NCBI GenBank assembly: GCA_030680695.1
Contig: JAUXUT010000149.1
Coordinates: 39,801-103,800, forward strand
DNA: 64,000 nucleotides
Reading direction: 5' to 3'
DNA from: a bacterium
GTDB lineage: Bacteria > Patescibacteriota > Minisyncoccia > Phycocordibacterales > UBA6065
Part shown: piece after piece, positions 47,351 to 56,109 of the stretch
How positions within the stretch are numbered: the stretch's first letter is position 1
Layout: every line of letters begins with the position of its first letter
Position numbers and translations under genes: made by a program
Notes under the pieces: generated by a model
What the model was told of the DNA's origin: nothing
Databases searched by the model: none
The model's input: the letters and a program-made list of their open reading frames with translations, nothing else

Positions 47351-47920
47351 ATATTTTCTTCGTTATTAATAATGGGCACAGTATGCGTTCTTAATTCGAG
47401 CAGAAGTGTAGGAATTGCTTTTCTGCTCTTGGCACTATGGTAAATCCCAAAAAGTGACAAATCGTGGTGCATTACTTTTGCCTCCTACAATGCTACTCGT
47501 GAAAAAATGCAAAAAGGTGTGCATTACTTTCGCCACCCAGAATCGTATGCTGGCCAACGCATCCAATTAGTGGGTATTGAAATCGTATCGGGCCAAAAGC
47601 CTCCTGTCTGGGGGAATTACCTGGCAAGAAATAGATATAAAAATTAGTCCAGTGATCCTCTGAAAATATGCAAAATCAAAATGGCACACTGCTTTGGCAC
47701 AGTGTGCTGTTTCAATACCTCTAAAATACCCTTATGTGGCTTGGTGGATGATATCTAAACCGCCTTGCAAACACTCATTTGAAACACTGCCCCTGCGTGT
47801 GCCAAATTGTGCCAATTTGGAAAAACTAGACCCCGACCCACGAACTTCAAATTGGTCAGTCCGAATATGCTAAAATACCCTTACAAGGTCTTACTTGTGG
47901 GGTACTTAACCCACGATGCC

Positions 47921-47956
47921 CGCTACAAAAACTTTCTTTCGGAGTGTCCCAGGTAC
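47921..47956 (+). repeat. Direct repeat DR-A copy 3 (right boundary of the island)
   Basis: cgctacaaaaactttctttcggagtgtcccaggtac; GC content rises immediately after. Confidence 0.65.
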
Positions 47957-48063
47957 GTCGACTCTCACCTGAAAACAACATCCCAATCCAGCGTCACAAT
48001 CTCAGATGGCTTCGGAACCAGATGTGGACAGGTTTTACCACTACCACACGTTATACTTACCTT

Positions 48064-48447
48064 ATGAAAAACAAATACGTAGACGGATTCTTGCTTGTCA
48101 TCCCAAAAGACAAGGTCGCCGAATATAAGAATATGGCTGAGCTGGGAAGGTAAGTATGGATGAAGCACGGGGCGCTGGATTACAAGGAATGCATGGGAGA
48201 CGATGTGCACCCTAAAGGCATGGGCATGAAGCCTCGTTCATTCATGAGCGCCGCAGATGCGAAAGACGATGAAACGGTCTGGTTCTCGTTCATAGTATTC
48301 AAGTCGCGCGAACATCGTGACGAGGTCAACGCGAAGGTCATGAGTGACCCTGCCATGAACGATCCAGAGATGAAGAACATGGCGATGCCGTTCGACGCGA
48401 AACGCTTCTGCTACGGCGGCTTTCAAGTTGAAGTAGGTTCAGAATAA
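48064..48447 (+). pseudogene. DUF1428-family gene interrupted by an in-frame TAA (pseudogene or recoding candidate)
   Basis: MKNKYVDGFLLVIPKDKVAEYKNMAELGR*VWMKHGALDYKECMGDDV... is one continuous frame with a TAA at 48151-48153 where family members have Lys. Confidence 0.5.
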
Positions 48448-48483
48448 GCGGCCTATCACGGCCCAATCTGCTATTATCAATCG

Positions 48484-50331
48484 GTGAGCGACCAACCGAC
48501 ATATAGACACGCATTTTTCGAGATAACGCCTCTTCCTGACAAGGCTGTGTCAGTCATGTCGTCTCGCACAGGGAAGCAGGCGGTGCTTTCGCCGCGAGAA
48601 GCCGGCATACTCTTGTCCTGCAGCTCGTTCGACACCATCGACACCCACGCGCTGTCATATGCTGCCAAATTCGGGTTGCCTGAAGGATTCGTGCGCGAAT
48701 CGCTTTCCCTGTTCGTCGATCAGGGCTTCCTCGTGAGCAAATCGGAGTTCGTGGAGGCGATACGTCAGAACGTGGCGTCCGCAGGCATAGTCCCCGAAGA
48801 CGCAGCATCCGAAGCTATAGGCGTCATCGCTATCCCGACAACCGACCGGCCCGATGAACTATCTCGATGTATCGCGAGCATCCTGCGCAATCTTTCCGCG
48901 CATGGTCGGACACCCCTGATCGTCATCGCGGACGGCTCTGTGGGCGAATCTCTCGAGACGAATAAGCAAGAGGTCGCGAGGTTCAAAGGTATGTACGCGG
49001 GCGAGATCCTGCATCTCGACCTTGATACGCGAGAAAAGATGGCCGAACGCCTCGCTAAGGCGAGCGGCGTAGACAGTTCGCTCGTCAGATACGCGATCTG
49101 CGGCGAGGGCGACACATCGATCAGGACCGGGGCCCTGCGCAACGCCGCTCTTCTGTCTGCGGCCGGTAAGAAGATGATCTTCGTAGACGATGACGTCATA
49201 TGGGACCTCCATGTCGCCCCTGGATCAGAAGGCCTCGCACCGGTCGAACGCCTCGCCCTCACAAGCGCTCCTCCGCGGCAGACGTGGATATTCGATTCGT
49301 ACGACGAGGCGACGGCGACTTTCCCGAAGGTCGAGCTCGACTATCTCGCCGCGCACGAAGCATTGCTCGGCAAACGCGCCGCAGGCGCAATCGCCTCTGC
49401 GGTCGCCGAATCGTCGTTCATCGACGAGCCCGGCGCATGTTCCGATTCATTCGTCCGCAAGCTCGAAGCTTTGCCGCGCGATGACGGAATGGTAGTCACA
49501 ACTTATTCCGGCGCTGTCGGGCATTCATGGATGCGCGTCCATGCCCCGACCATGACATATGGGCCGAAAGGGGATCATCACATCTGGTCTTCTGACGAAG
49601 AGACGTACAAGAAAAGAAGGAAGAGCCCGTTCATCGGACGCGTGTCCGAAGGATACGCCCTGTATGACGGACCCAACTGCGTGTCGTTCAATATGGGCAT
49701 CGACGCGCGGGAAGAGGTCCCGCCCTTCACCCCGACCTATCGGAGCCAGGATGCTGTGTTCGGATATGCTCTCTACTGGGCGCGTCCGTGCGATTGGAAC
49801 GGCTTCGTCCCAGTCCTTGTCGAGCATCGACGGCACGAGGAACGCGCGCCGCGAACAGACCCTGTCGAGTCGTTCACAACCGTTGGTAAGATGGTCATCC
49901 ATGCACTATCCGCAGTGCGCAAATCCCTCATCGAGCAGGGCCGACCGGCCACTTTGGCACATATGGGCATGGAATTGTCGCGCATGGCGCGAGAAGATAG
50001 AAAGACTCTGATACAGGCAACAGAGAAAGAATGCGCCCGCAGACTCTATGGATTCGCGGAATATTGTCGGTCGATAGCCTCTCAGCACCCCGAAGGGCCA
50101 GCATATTGGCAGGCAGGGGTCGAGGCCGCAAAGCTCAAAGCGCAGGGTCTGGGTGACGATATAGGCAAAGCTCCGATCTTCTGGGATGTGCCAGAATGGG
50201 CGAAGCAGCAGAGAAGCGCCTGGAACAGCTTTGCGGATGTGTTTGGACGCTATGGCGAGCTTCTCGCGGCGTGGCCGGCGATATTTAGCTCAGCTCAGAG
50301 CACGAACCGGCATAGTTTCCCTGGGCGCTAG
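48484..50331 (+). CDS. Large hypothetical protein with a GT-A (family-2 glycosyltransferase)-like N-domain; high GC (~65%)
   Basis: GVIAIPTTDRPDELSRCIASIL...LIVIADGS and FVDDDV (DxD-like); composition unlike both the core and the island. Confidence 0.4.
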   Translation: MSDQPTYRHAFFEITPLPDKAVSVMSSRTGKQAVLSPREAGILLSCSSFDTIDTHALSYAAKFGLPEGFVRESLSLFVDQGFLVSKSEFVEAIRQNVASAGIVPEDAASEAIGVIAIPTTDRPDELSRCIASILRNLSAHGRTPLIVIADGSVGESLETNKQEVARFKGMYAGEILHLDLDTREKMAERLAKASGVDSSLVRYAICGEGDTSIRTGALRNAALLSAAGKKMIFVDDDVIWDLHVAPGSEGLAPVERLALTSAPPRQTWIFDSYDEATATFPKVELDYLAAHEALLGKRAAGAIASAVAESSFIDEPGACSDSFVRKLEALPRDDGMVVTTYSGAVGHSWMRVHAPTMTYGPKGDHHIWSSDEETYKKRRKSPFIGRVSEGYALYDGPNCVSFNMGIDAREEVPPFTPTYRSQDAVFGYALYWARPCDWNGFVPVLVEHRRHEERAPRTDPVESFTTVGKMVIHALSAVRKSLIEQGRPATLAHMGMELSRMAREDRKTLIQATEKECARRLYGFAEYCRSIASQHPEGPAYWQAGVEAAKLKAQGLGDDIGKAPIFWDVPEWAKQQRSAWNSFADVFGRYGELLAAWPAIFSSAQSTNRHSFPGR

Positions 50332-50791
50332 ATTGGACGCGGGCGACACCCTTGCTGTCGACGCACCAATATGTGCCGTTCGAGAGGCGAACGGACGCAG
50401 TGAAGTCCTTTCTGTCTACTGTGACGGTGCATCGTCCCGTGCCATTCGCGGTCGTAGGATAGTTGCTCGAGAGCATGAAAGAGCGGATCGAGGCGCTTGC
50501 GAACATATTCGTCGCGCATCCCATGCCTATGGTTGCGGTTGCGCCAGAACCAGATGATTCATTGCCAGCAACTGCCGGTCCGTAGGTCATCTGACCAGTG
50601 GTGTCGTAATATAGCGCTGCTGCCGCACGTAGGTTCGAGAGTTGCTGTTTGGATTTTGTGTCATTCGCCTTCTCGCGAGCGGAGCGTAGGGACGATAGGA
50701 CGACCGACGACAAGAGGCTTATAATCGATATGACCACAAGGAGCTCTATGAGGGTAAATCCGAGCACCAGCTTTCGCTTGTAGTCCTTCAT
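50285..50791 (-). CDS. Type IV pilin
   Basis: Prepilin leader ...KLVLGFTLIELLVVISII (G|FTLIE class III signal); C-terminal Cys pairs. Confidence 0.75.
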   Translation of the reverse strand: MKDYKRKLVLGFTLIELLVVISIISLLSSVVLSSLRSAREKANDTKSKQQLSNLRAAAALYYDTTGQMTYGPAVAGNESSGSGATATIGMGCATNMFASASIRSFMLSSNYPTTANGTGRCTVTVDRKDFTASVRLSNGTYWCVDSKGVARVQSSAQGNYAGSCSELS

Positions 50792-51187
50792 TATTCTGAC
50801 CATTGTCCTTATATACTATCACAAACCGTTGTGCGCGGTCTTCATAAGCCACTTCACCCCACCAAAACAACACGGCCGGCGCTTGCCTTTTGCGAGCATA
50901 TCAATACCTTTCTTGATGCGGCGTACGCGAGTCTCGGCGAGCTTGGCCGTGACGATCCAAAGAATCCATTCCTGTCGGGCGAGCGGCGTGATGTCGTCCC
51001 ATGTTGCGTGCGCGCGGGGAAGCGGCAAGGGCCTTTTGTAGGTCTATCGGCGTTTTAGTTGGCATCTTCATGTCGTCATGATAGCCCACATTGCCCGTCA
51101 GCGCATATATAAACTAACGATATATATTTATTGTTTTACGATAAGTGATGTGCTAGTATAAATTCGTTATTAATTAAGCAATCAGAT

Positions 51188-51655
51188 ATGAAACGAGGCT
51201 CAACCCTTTTCTTGAAAATAGTCGTCTGCGTTCTCGCACTTATCGCGCTTGCCGTGCTTACCTTTGCCATGTGGCTCACGTATAACGTTGAGGGCGGCGG
51301 CGCAGAGTATCGCCCGATCGTCATCGGAATGTTTGTTGGCGCGATTCCATTCTTAATTGCGCTCTGGCAGTCGATGAAGCTCCTTATTCTTATAGAGAAA
51401 GGTACAGCGTTTTCTGACCTTGCGGTCGATGCTTTGAAGAAGATTAAATATTGCGGCATCGCCATAAGTATTATTGTCGTGCTCGGCTCGCCATATATAA
51501 TCGGCGTAGCCCATGAAGATGATGCCCCAGGCGTGGTCTTGATCGGACTCATCATTGCCTTCACCTCAGCTGTAATTGCGACGTTTGCCGCGCTTTTGCA
51601 AAAGCTTCTCAAGAACGTCATTGATATCAAGTCCGAGAATGAGCTCACCGTCTAA
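51188..51655 (+). CDS. DUF2975-family membrane protein
   Basis: Four-TM ORF immediately upstream of a YozG-like XRE regulator (classic pair). Confidence 0.55.
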   Translation: MKRGSTLFLKIVVCVLALIALAVLTFAMWLTYNVEGGGAEYRPIVIGMFVGAIPFLIALWQSMKLLILIEKGTAFSDLAVDALKKIKYCGIAISIIVVLGSPYIIGVAHEDDAPGVVLIGLIIAFTSAVIATFAALLQKLLKNVIDIKSENELTV

Positions 51656-51665
51656 GCGAACCACT

Positions 51666-51869
51666 ATGCCCATCATCATCAACATAGACGTAATGCTCGC
51701 CAAACGAAAAATGAGTCTCACGGAACTCACAGACAAGGTCGGTATCACTATGGCTAATTTGTCGATACTCAAAAACGGCAAGGCCAAGGCGGTTAGGCTT
51801 TCGACTCTCGAGGCGATATGTAAGGCGTTGAATTGTCAGCCGGGAGATGTTCTGGAATATCGAAAGTAA
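51666..51869 (+). CDS. XRE-family HTH transcriptional regulator (YozG-like)
   Basis: MPIIINIDVMLAKRKMSLTELTDKVGITMANLSILKNGKAKAVRLSTLEAICKALNCQPGDVLEY. Confidence 0.7.
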   Translation: MPIIINIDVMLAKRKMSLTELTDKVGITMANLSILKNGKAKAVRLSTLEAICKALNCQPGDVLEYRK

Positions 51870-51882
51870 CGATTACCTAATA

Positions 51883-52419
51883 ATGGACACAAATATGTTT
51901 AATAAGAGAACTATCTTGATCACGCTCGCGCCGCTTTTGTTGCTCATCATTCCGCTCGTTGGTGTTTTCTCGAGCCAGGAGTGGCAGTGGGGTATCGAGG
52001 ACTTTGTTTTGATGGGAGTTATTCTTGTTGGTTGTGGGTTTGCGTATGCGTTCATATCAAGGTATGGAAATTTCACATATCGAGCCGCTGTTGGTATTGC
52101 GGTCGTGGCATCGTTCCTGATTGTCTGGGTGAACATGGCTGTCGGCATCATAGGCAGTGAAGACAACGCGGCGAACCTCATGTACTTTGCAGTTCCGTTT
52201 ATTGGGTTGATCGGCGCGGGCATATCGCGATTCGAGCCGCGTGGCATGTCTTGGTCTGCATTTGCCGCAGCCATAGCCGTTATCCTTATTCCAGTTATTG
52301 CCGCGTTCGGCATAGGCGTCACGTTTGAGCGGGATCTCGTGCAAATCGTTGGCCTTTCATCTTTTTTCGCGTTGCTTTATGCGGTGTCAGCATACCTGTT
52401 CAGGATGAAATTGGGTTAG
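51883..52419 (+). CDS. Hypothetical polytopic membrane protein
   Basis: ORF with 5-6 TM helices. Confidence 0.45.
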   Translation: MDTNMFNKRTILITLAPLLLLIIPLVGVFSSQEWQWGIEDFVLMGVILVGCGFAYAFISRYGNFTYRAAVGIAVVASFLIVWVNMAVGIIGSEDNAANLMYFAVPFIGLIGAGISRFEPRGMSWSAFAAAIAVILIPVIAAFGIGVTFERDLVQIVGLSSFFALLYAVSAYLFRMKLG

Positions 52420-52493
52420 GTAATGAGCGTCAGCAACAGCGAGGGCCCCCATTCGTGAGAACGGCCCGAGAAGTATTAACCCAACTAAACACC

Positions 52494-52646
52494 ATGCTCA
52501 GCACAATCGCCATCATCCTGCTCGTGCTCTGGTTACTCGGAGTCGTCAGCTCATACACTGTCGGCGGATTCATCCATATCCTTCTCGTCGCCGCGGTGAT
52601 TATGTTCCTGGTGCGCATCGTGCAGGGAAGGAATCCGGTCGCATAA
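52494..52646 (+). CDS. lmo0937-family small membrane protein
   Basis: MLSTIAIILLVLWLLGVVSSYTVGGFIHILLVAAVIMFLVRIVQGR. Confidence 0.5.
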   Translation: MLSTIAIILLVLWLLGVVSSYTVGGFIHILLVAAVIMFLVRIVQGRNPVA

Positions 52647-52698
52647 TACAGGCGGCAGATTTTTTCGGACGGGACCCCGCGCATGCGGGGCTTCGTCT

Positions 52699-53397
52699 TC
52701 AGTATCCGATTGATACCAGAAGCACGTTGCGCGCGCCGCCCGAAAGGGCGGCGCGCTCCGCTTCTCGCAATGTCGCACCAGTCGTCGCTACATCATCGAG
52801 GATTATTACGTCCCGTCCGCGTACAATTTCGCATCCTTTTTTATCAGCACTCATACTCGCCCCAAAAGATCCTTTCATGTTTGCCGCACGTTCTGTTTTG
52901 TCCATCCCGACTTGGTCTTCGGTCTCGCGCGTGCGACACAGAGCATTCTCTATATATATAAATGTTCTGCCACCAGTGTTTTTTCCGTCGATTTGATCCA
53001 ATTCTCTGCATATCAGTTCGCATTGATTCCAACCACGTTCACGTCGTCGCTTTTTTGTCATCGGCATTGGTGCAAGAATAGGCAGTGATCCGTCGGGCGA
53101 CGAGGCGGCGAATCTGGCGAGATGTTCACACACCTTTATATAAGTCGCTTCTGCTAGTGTGCGCACGACACGACGATTCATATTGGTTTTTATCTCGACG
53201 ATGGCTGCCTTGGCGAGCCGTGCGCGATAGGGAAAGGCAACAACCAGACCATCAACCGGCAGCGACCGAGGCTTGGCCGATTCCTTGTCCAGCGCAATTG
53301 CCTCAATGAGGCCCTTAGGAGTCATGGACTCAAGTTCGCGCACACCTTCATAGGGCGGCATTATGCAGTCGAGTATCATTTTGAGGATGCGCATCAC
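52699..53397 (-). CDS. comF: ComF/GntX-family phosphoribosyltransferase-domain competence protein
   Basis: C-terminal PRT motif VIILDDVATTGATL; adjacent to the pilus cluster. Confidence 0.7.
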   Translation of the reverse strand: MMRILKMILDCIMPPYEGVRELESMTPKGLIEAIALDKESAKPRSLPVDGLVVAFPYRARLAKAAIVEIKTNMNRRVVRTLAEATYIKVCEHLARFAASSPDGSLPILAPMPMTKKRRRERGWNQCELICRELDQIDGKNTGGRTFIYIENALCRTRETEDQVGMDKTERAANMKGSFGASMSADKKGCEIVRGRDVIILDDVATTGATLREAERAALSGGARNVLLVSIGY

Positions 53398-53429
53398 GAC
53401 ATGATATACTTCATATACGAGACATTGCC

Positions 53430-54545
53430 ATGGGATTCCTTCAAAATTTGTTCAAGAATCAAGAAGACAGCGTTATCGGCGTCGATATCGGTGCTTCTTC
53501 TATAAAAGTGGTTCAACTGCGCAAAAAAGGCGGCAAGGCCATACTTGAAACGTATGGCGAGCTCGCTCTTGGGCCTTATGCTGGCGTCGAAATTGGACGT
53601 GCCACAAATTTACCGGCCGAAAAAGTCGCAGCCGCGCTTGCCGACGTTATTAAGGAGGCCAATGTGACCGCCTCGACTGCAGTTATGTCCATTGCCGCGT
53701 CATCGAGTCTGCTCTCGTTCATTCGTATGCCGGATATGGATCGCAAGCGCCTCGACGATATGATTCCTATCGAAGCGAGAAAATACATACCGGTACCGAT
53801 TACAGAGGTCGCCATCGACTGGTTGCCAATTCCAAAGGAAGAAAATTCATTCTCGTCATTCGAGAAGCCTTCTATACCAGGATCAGGTCCAAAAGAAAAA
53901 ACCATAGAGATAATTCTCGTTGTTATACACAACGACGTTATTGCCCGCATGACACAGATAAGCGAGCTTGCAAGACTCGCAACACAATACTTCGAGGTTG
54001 AGGTGTTCAGCTCGATACGTTCTGTTGTCGATATCTCGACTGAAAGTCATCTGCTTTTCGACATGGGTGCAGGTTCGACTAAACTTTACATAATCGAACG
54101 AGGCATTCTTCGAAGTTCACACATGGTCAATCGTGGATCGCAAGACATAACACTCGCCATCTCGCGCTCGCTCGGTCTGCCCGTCGGCGATGCTGAAAGG
54201 GTGAAAAGGACTGTTGGTATATCTGCAGAGCCAGATAACAAGGCATTGGCAGAAGTAATATCCCTCAACCTCGACTATATATTTACTGAAACGAATCGGG
54301 TCATTGCTGCTTACCAACAGAAGCATCGCAAAAACATATCAAAAGTCATACTCACTGGCGGCGGATCGCTTCTCAAAGGCTTTCTTGATGTCGCACGTAA
54401 GCGATTAGAGACCGAAGTGGTGATGGGGGATCCGTTCTCGAAGACCGAGGCTCCGGCATTTCTTGAACCAGTCCTTCGAAACGCGGGTCCCGAGTTCGCG
54501 GTGGCCATCGGGGCGGCATTGCGCAAGCTTGAAGAGATGTCATAG
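53430..54545 (+). CDS. pilM: Type IV pilus assembly protein PilM
   Basis: Actin-like ATPase fold with VIGVDIGASSIKVVQL N-terminus; first gene of pilMNO. Confidence 0.85.
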   Translation: MGFLQNLFKNQEDSVIGVDIGASSIKVVQLRKKGGKAILETYGELALGPYAGVEIGRATNLPAEKVAAALADVIKEANVTASTAVMSIAASSSLLSFIRMPDMDRKRLDDMIPIEARKYIPVPITEVAIDWLPIPKEENSFSSFEKPSIPGSGPKEKTIEIILVVIHNDVIARMTQISELARLATQYFEVEVFSSIRSVVDISTESHLLFDMGAGSTKLYIIERGILRSSHMVNRGSQDITLAISRSLGLPVGDAERVKRTVGISAEPDNKALAEVISLNLDYIFTETNRVIAAYQQKHRKNISKVILTGGGSLLKGFLDVARKRLETEVVMGDPFSKTEAPAFLEPVLRNAGPEFAVAIGAALRKLEEMS

Positions 54546-54600
54546 ACATTTGGGGATAGCGTCCCTATGCGCATGGTAGTATAATCTTAAGGTACCGACC

Positions 54601-55227
54601 ATGGATCCTCGAATGCAAACATCGTTCATACCGAAGAAACCTATCGTCGCATCGCCGAGGATGGGCGATACTTCGGCCCCAATAAATCTCCTTTCGCTTT
54701 TGGCGACTGTGCTATTAATTGTTGCCGTCGCTCTTTCTGGTGGCGTCTATTTCTATAAGAATATTCTTATTAAACAGATTGAGGCTGACAAAGTATTTCT
54801 CGAGCAGGCCAGGGAAGCTTTTGAGCCTGAAGCCATAAACAGCATAGTTCGCCTCGATTCTCGCATTGAGACCGCAAAGAAGCTTTTTGCATCGCATGTT
54901 GCAGTGACGCCTCTCTTTGACTTCTTGTCTTCTATAACTCTGCCATCGGTTCGATTCAGGGACTTCAGTTTTTCATATGTGAGCCCAACCGAAATCACTG
55001 TGTCAATGCGCGGCCAGGCCCAAAGCTATGCGACCGTCGCACTCCAGTCCGATGTTTTTAATCGTCAGACAAAAGGCCTCTCAGGAACAATTGTCAGTGA
55101 CATGGCCCTTGATCCGTCAGGGCTTGTGAACTTCTCGGTTACAACCAAAGTGAATCCTTCTCTCGTATCGTACAAGACTTCTATTTCGGCCCCAGTGTCT
55201 GCTTCACCTAGCACCCAAACACAATGA
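54601..55227 (+). CDS. pilN: PilN-like pilus assembly protein
   Basis: Single N-terminal TM, coiled coil, position after pilM. Confidence 0.55.
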   Translation: MDPRMQTSFIPKKPIVASPRMGDTSAPINLLSLLATVLLIVAVALSGGVYFYKNILIKQIEADKVFLEQAREAFEPEAINSIVRLDSRIETAKKLFASHVAVTPLFDFLSSITLPSVRFRDFSFSYVSPTEITVSMRGQAQSYATVALQSDVFNRQTKGLSGTIVSDMALDPSGLVNFSVTTKVNPSLVSYKTSISAPVSASPSTQTQ

Positions 55228-55754
55228 ACATCGTATCAATAATCATGGTGTTGGCATCCTTCGGACTCTTCTTTGCCTATGTTGATCCAACTTACAGCGA
55301 GATAAAGACACTGTCAGCTGAAAGGACGGGTCTCCAGCTCATGCTCGATAACTCCAAAGAGCTCCAGGCTGAGCGAGATAAGTTTCTCGAGATATATAAC
55401 GGTGTTACCAGCACCAACCGTGAACGTCTTCTCAAGGCTTTGCCGGACAATATCGACAACGTTCGCCTTATCATAGATATCGACGAGGTCGCCAAGAAAT
55501 ATGGCATGCGCATAAGGAATTTCAGCGCGAATTCGTCTGAGGAAAGCAAGGTGGTGGGCGATAGTTCTAAGGCGCATGGCACTTTGACCTTGTCTTTCAC
55601 AACCACGGCCACTTACAACACTTTTCTGGCGTTCCTAAAATCTTTGGAACAGAGTCTCCGTGTGATAGATATATCGTCGATATCTTTCACGGCGAGCGAC
55701 ACCAATCCGCTCCATGATTACAGTGTTACGATAAAGACCTATTGGCTCAAATAA
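55224..55754 (+). CDS. pilO: PilO-like pilus assembly protein
   Basis: N-terminal TM plus coiled coil; 4-bp overlap with pilN. Confidence 0.55.
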   Translation: MNIVSIIMVLASFGLFFAYVDPTYSEIKTLSAERTGLQLMLDNSKELQAERDKFLEIYNGVTSTNRERLLKALPDNIDNVRLIIDIDEVAKKYGMRIRNFSANSSEESKVVGDSSKAHGTLTLSFTTTATYNTFLAFLKSLEQSLRVIDISSISFTASDTNPLHDYSVTIKTYWLK

Positions 55755-55755
55755 T

Positions 55756-56097
55756 ATGAAAGAGTCTACTTCAAACAAGAGTCTGGCCATCTTCCTCATC
55801 ATTCTCGTCGCCATCGGCGTGGCTGGATATTTCTATACCACCCGGGACCGGTCATCTGATCAACTTCTCGTTGGTGTGCCTGTAAACACGACCGCGATCG
55901 GAAGCGATCTTTTGAAGGCTCTTGGCCAACTCAACACCATTCGTCTCGATGTCAAGATTTTTGAAGACAAAGTTTTCATGAGTCTTAACGATATAGGAAC
56001 CAAACTCACGCCGCAGACCCCAGGCCGACCGAATCCGTTTGCCCCAATAAACACCTCCGCTATAGTATCTCCAGCCGCTACCACAACCTCCAACTAA
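55756..56097 (+). CDS. Small TM-anchored pilus assembly protein (PilP-like?)
   Basis: Position in the operon and N-terminal anchor only. Confidence 0.35.
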   Translation: MKESTSNKSLAIFLIILVAIGVAGYFYTTRDRSSDQLLVGVPVNTTAIGSDLLKALGQLNTIRLDVKIFEDKVFMSLNDIGTKLTPQTPGRPNPFAPINTSAIVSPAATTTSN

Positions 56098-56109
56098 GAG
56101 TAACAACAC

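Larger units (their letters stand above)
23894..47956. mobile_element. Composite low-GC (~35-40%) integrated element array at the tRNA-Ser 3' end (elements E1, E2, E3)
   Basis: Three copies of a direct repeat, cgctacaaaaactttctttcggagtg(a/t)ccc(g/a)g(a/g)tac, at 23894, 24859 and 47921; a second repeat at 24778 and 33558 carrying a degenerate tRNA T-loop-like gttcgaatc followed by acccgc; sharp GC drop; serine recombinase, terminase and methylase genes inside. Confidence 0.7.

Noticed and set aside
48765-50131. Multiple overlapping ORFs on both strands inside the high-GC gene
   Set aside because: High GC content generates long spurious ORFs. Only the 615-aa frame has a coherent domain-like pattern.
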